A stretch of 64,000 nt of DNA, taken from assembly GCA_013265495.1 (NCBI GenBank), contig MU057991.1:124001-188000 (forward strand). Direction: 5' to 3'. The stretch comes from Vicugna vicugna. Lineage: Eukaryota. How positions within the stretch are numbered: the first letter of the stretch is position 1; each line of letters begins with the position of its first letter. Shown one piece after another: positions 59,426-64,000 of the stretch. The notes below the pieces were generated by a model that was given only the letters and a program-made list of their open reading frames with translations, was not told the origin of the DNA and did no database searches. A program made the translations under genes and the position numbers.

Positions 59426-61797
59426 GTAGGCAGCCCAGTGCCTGCGGGCCCGGCCCGCTCCGAGGCCCCACCCGTCTGTTCTCTCGGTGCCGTCCTGCTG
59501 CAGCCGGGCCCCCCGCGCGCTGCGGGCCCCCTGGCTCTCCTGTCGCCAGGTCCCCTTCCTTGGTTCAGTCCTGCTAGTTGATGGGGCATGGCCTCCAGCC
59601 CTTGACCGAGGTTCCTTTTGTGGGCGTCTCTGCAGGGAGACCTGGGTGCAGCATCGTTCATCTTCCTTCTTGTGCTGGTCACAGTCACCTCCGATCTTTT
59701 TTAGTGTTCTGCTGGGGTAGGGGTGGGGTCTGGGGTGAAATTCTGGAGCCCAGTGTGGGAAGCAGTGTTGTGGGGGGAGGTGGCCCTCAGTGTCCGCTTC
59801 CACCACACAGGCCTGGTGTCTGTAACCCGGGCCAACCGCCCTGAGCTGATCCCCTCCAGGGGAGACCCCAGCCCTCCGGGGCAGGACGGCCGTGCCCCCA
59901 GGGTTGGGGTGAAGCCTGTGCTCCCCGACTCTGTAAGAGCCTGGAGTGTCTTACGTTGGGGGACACAGGCTGTGAACACAAAGGGATGGGGGAGCTGATG
60001 TTTGATTGGCTATAAGTGAGGTAGGGGCCTTGGTACATGGAGGAGCGTGGATTTACGGCTCCAGTGAGATGGAGATGGGCTGAGACAGGCCGGCCTGAGC
60101 TGCGGGGAGGCGACCCTCTCCCAGGGCTGTCAGCTCTGCAAAGGTGGACACTCGTCAGCAAAGGGTGTGCCTTGTTGAGGGGTTGCAGGCGGACATGGGG
60201 GATCCCAGCAGTGGGGGCCTCGGTGGGCACCAGTGGGCACCGCATTTTCCCCACGTCCTCCTGTCCTCGGCATTCCAGCCCCTGCCTTCCCCTGATGCCT
60301 GTGCCTCCTGGACATTCTCGCTGTCCCCATCATTTGTGTCCTTGGGTCTGCATGTCAGTGACCAGCTGCCTGTGTCCCGAGATGGCCACCTCGCTCACTC
60401 TTGTTTCCTCTGCCGTGTGGGTTTTACTGCTTTGAAAAGGAGCTTCATCACCGCACCTTTAGCAGCTTTTCAGGAAGCAGCAAACTCCTGCTGGCTCTGC
60501 TGCAGCGCCTTATCCTAGACGGAGTTTTTGTGATTTTGCTTTTGAGCTCGTGTTTGGGATGACTTTATTTGAAAGTTCCTTAAGCGCTCTCACGATGGTG
60601 AGCTCCATCAAGATTGGCCTTTGCCCTGCCAGCCACGAGGGCGGCTGTGAACTAAATGCTTGGCTTGCGGTTTTGAAACAGGAAAAATGTGGGGCGAGGG
60701 GAGGGCCGTGTCCCAGGTCTCGGTCGAGTCCCCAGAACGCGCCCCACCAGGTGTGTGTCCGTGGCTGCGTCTGTGGCCACAGCTGCGTGAAGGCGGGTTC
60801 ATTCAGAGAGACGCACACTCCACAGACGGCGTGCGGCCGTCTCAGGGGGGAGCGTGGCCACGAGGTGCGGGGCGGTTAGTTTTATGGGCTCGGTAGCTTC
60901 ATATGCTGACAGGTGTTGGGGGGTTGCTCCAACTACTTTGGGGAAGGGGCTGGATTCCCAGGAATCAGCCGCTGCGCGCCCTCTGACCTTTGATGGGCAG
61001 CCTGGGAACTGTCCTGGCCCCGTGGGAGGGCCATTTACCGTGAGACTGTAGTTTAATGAGCGTGTATTGAAGCTGGAGGTCTGCTGGGAGCTGAATCTTC
61101 CGTCTCCTTGGTGCTGATGGCTGTGTCTTTCTTTTAATGTTTGTGCCCTGCCCCCTTCCCTCCGGTCTCCGTTTCCTGAAATCTCAGGTAGACACGCTGG
61201 CCCCAGGCGGCTGACGGGCAGACACACGCCTGAGGTGCCCCCGTGCAGAGCCGGGTCTGGGGCAGGCCAGCAGTGGCGCGTCCCCACTGCACGGCCTCCC
61301 GTGTTTGCTGTTTGCTGATGGAGCCTCGGGGCCTGGGGCTCAGCCAGAGGGCCTCGACCTCCCTGCCCGCCTTGCTCAGGCCCCGGGTTTTCCGTGAGAG
61401 CCCAGGACACATACAGGGCTCAGGAAACTGGTCGCCCCCGTGGCGACCCCTGCCCTGGACGCATCCCTGTGTCCTGACATCTCCGGCCCCGGTCATTTTC
61501 TTTCACCTTCTTGATTGCCGAGTTACGCGTTTCAGCGTGTGTGCGAGTTAATACGTGTACCCAGAATTTGTAAGAGGAGAACTTTCAGACGCTCTTGTTC
61601 GCAACATCGTCAGAGTAAAAACGGGTTTAAACGGTGTCTTCTTCCCACAGCGCCCCCACCCCCAGCCCTCTTGGCTGAACTTGGCCCCTCGGGGATGGAA
61701 CTGGGGGAGGGGGGTGGGGCGCACCATTGAAACACGCGTCCGAGGTGCAGAATCAGGATAAATAATAGTTAATACAATGTTTTAAAAAAGTCAAATG

Positions 61798-62008
61798 TGG
61801 GCGAGGGTGTAGCTCAGTGGTAGAGTGTGTGCTTAACACACATAATGTCCTGGGTTCAACCCCCGGTACTGCCATTAAAAACTCAAATAAAAGTAAATAA
61901 ATAAATCTAATTACTTCCCCCCAAAGAAGTTTGTTTTTTAAACTTTTTTTTATTGAGTTATAGTCATTTTACAATGTTGTGTCAAACCAAAGAAGTTTTT
62001 TTTTTTAA
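61798..62008 (+). mobile_element. tRNA-Ala-derived SINE with a short L1 tail nested in its 3' end
   Basis: gggcgagggtgtagctcagtggtagag..gggttcaaccccc head; tcaaatgt repeated on both sides; internal L1 tail (~61944-61986) flanked by ccaaagaagttt repeats. Confidence 0.8.
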
Positions 62009-63117
62009 TCAAATGTAATCCAAAAGAATCCACAAGGAACAAAAAAATCAAATTTTAGATAAGGCCAGGGCAGTCCAGAGCCATCCTGGAGCGGAGGCAA
62101 GGGCTGAGCGCCCCCAGGACTCCTCCGAGAGGAGGGCTGAGAAGACCTAGGGGTCCAGGCTTCTCTTGGGCAGAGCATGCTGACCGGCGAAAGGACCTGT
62201 GACCTCAGGATTCAGACTGTGTTTTATTAACCCGCACAGTTACGGTCTGTCTCTCCGTCTCTGGGGCTGAGCAGCATCCTTGGTGACCCCCTTGGACCTC
62301 AGCGCCAACAGCACCCACCCCTGCTCCTCCCAGGGCTCCTGAGGTCCGGGAGGAATTGCACACACTTCTCTGGCCGGGGTCTGCAGCCCCCTGCCCTGAC
62401 CCTGTGGTCCAGGACCCTGCAGGACCCTGCAGCTCCATGCGTCCCATCCCAGGAGGGCAGGCCTGGCTGCGTGCAGGGCCCTTCCCTCCCTCCTCTCATA
62501 CCAGTGTCGGGAGTCCCGTTTGGATTCCTGGAGTCCTGCGTGCCCTTCACCTGCCTGGCTTTGTGGCCTTCCCACCGTCCCCGGGAGCATGAGGGGCGGT
62601 GTCCCGGGTTTCGTCCTCGGCCCCTCTGTCCCCACAGTCTCCCACAGGCGCCCTGTGGGCTCGGGGCCCCCAGAACCCAGCTCTGGCTGGCCGCTTCCCG
62701 CCTTGGAAGAAGCCTTGCAGTGAGCTCTGGGGCAGTGGGTGCATGTGTGCCTCAGGGTCTGCTCCCCCAGTCATCGCTTCTGTCACCTTGAGCCCTCCCT
62801 GCAGGGTCCAGGGCCAAGCCCCATCTGGCTGGCTGGTATCTGCTGAGGGAGAAGTTTGGCGGGACGTACTGCAAAAGACTGATCATTTATTTCCAGGCGG
62901 AGACGGGGAGTGCCTTAGGTTTTGTCTTTTCACGTATTCAGTATGTTTCCACCTTTTGGAGGTGGAGTTGACAGACTGCTGGTGGCAGGCATGTGAGCCG
63001 TGGCATCGAGCACCTGCACAGGGACGTGCTGCTACCTGCGCCCGGTTCCCCATGGGGCTGCGGGCGCATCTCAGAGCTACGGTGTGACACCCACGCTAGG
63101 CGGCGGACCCTGGAGCG

Positions 63118-63119
<2 letters not shown>

Positions 63120-63164
<45 letters not shown>

Positions 63165-63165
63165 C
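63120..63165. repeat. (GT)n(GC)n microsatellite
   Basis: About 18 GT units followed by 4-5 GC units. Confidence 0.95.
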
Positions 63166-63637
63166 TCTGCCAGCTCATCACATGGTGGGTCCCTGTAACC
63201 ATCCGCACGTGACATTGCATACAGACATTGCCGTCACCGCCGAGGTCTCTCCCTGCTCAGGGTCACACCGCCTGCCTCCCCACCCTTGAGCCTGGCTCCC
63301 GCTGGTCTGCTCTCCCTGCCTGTGACTTTGTCACCTGAGGATGTTGTACAGATGGAACCACACGGTGTGTGACCTTTGGAACTCAGCCCGTTCATCACCC
63401 AGCTCTGTGCCCTGGGCCCTTCCAGGCTGCTGACCCCCACAGGCGTGGCTGGCCGGCCCGGCACGGGTGGGATGGCACGCATCCATTTGACCCCTCAGCT
63501 GCCAAAGGACATTTAGGTGTTTCCAGTTTGGACTGTTACATATACAGCTGCGTGAACCTGCAGGTGTGGGTTTGTATGTAGACGTTAATTTGCATGTTCT
63601 TGGATTGATGCTCAGGCGCGCCCTCATGGGTCATGGG

Positions 63638-63778
63638 TTTTATTTTTTTTAATTTATTAACTAGGAATGTTGATTGATTGATTGATTTACTTACTTAACT
63701 TAATGGAAGTACCGGGGATTGAACCCAGGACCTTGTACATGCTAAGCAGTTGCTCCACCACTGAGCTACGCCCTCCCC
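63638..63778 (-). mobile_element. tRNA-Ala-derived SINE, inserted into an old L1 remnant
   Basis: Reverse complement of the SINE head (ggggattgaacccagg..gctaagcagttgctccaccactgagctacgccctcccc). The surrounding ~63300-64000 resembles old L1 on the minus strand (ccagactgttttccagagtg; gtggctttgttttgtgtttccctg). Confidence 0.8.
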
Positions 63779-64000
63779 TACTTTTTTTTTTTTTAAAGAA
63801 ACATCCAGACTGTTTTCCAGAGTGACCGTCTCAGCTCACGTTCCCATCAGCAGTGCGTGCGTGACCCAGTAGTTTTCTCTGCTTGCTCACCAGCACTTGG
63901 TCCTTGTCACTGCCTTTTTTTTTTTTAACCATTACTGTTGTAATAAACGTGTGGGGACATCTGGTTGTGGCTTTGTTTTGTGTTTCCCTGTTGGCTAATG

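Overview
Mammalian genomic DNA, probably camelid (inferred from the tRNA-Ala-derived SINEs and artiodactyl-type L1 tails), with three N gaps. The left ~27 kb is the 5' part of LANCL2 on the minus strand: an intact 118-nt coding exon 2 at 2517-2634 and a long repeat-rich intron 1. The first coding exon is not visible and probably lies in one of two gaps inside CpG islands (~15.3 kb or ~27 kb). The right ~34 kb is very GC-rich and is a mosaic of gene-derived pieces. (i) An intact, intronless 182-codon ORF (37681-38229, minus) aligns with the N-terminus, transmembrane segment and part of the first coiled coil of cTAGE5/MIA2, with a strong Kozak context, an upstream splice acceptor and a poly(A) signal; it is the best candidate for an undescribed gene. 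(ii) Head-to-head with it lies an unprocessed POFUT2 pseudogene (exons 1, 2 and 5) with a preserved CpG-island promoter. (iii) On the same strand as POFUT2, degenerate ADCY1 exons 5-8 follow. All homology calls rest on reference protein sequences recalled from memory; no database searches were run, and repeat boundaries without target-site duplications are approximate.
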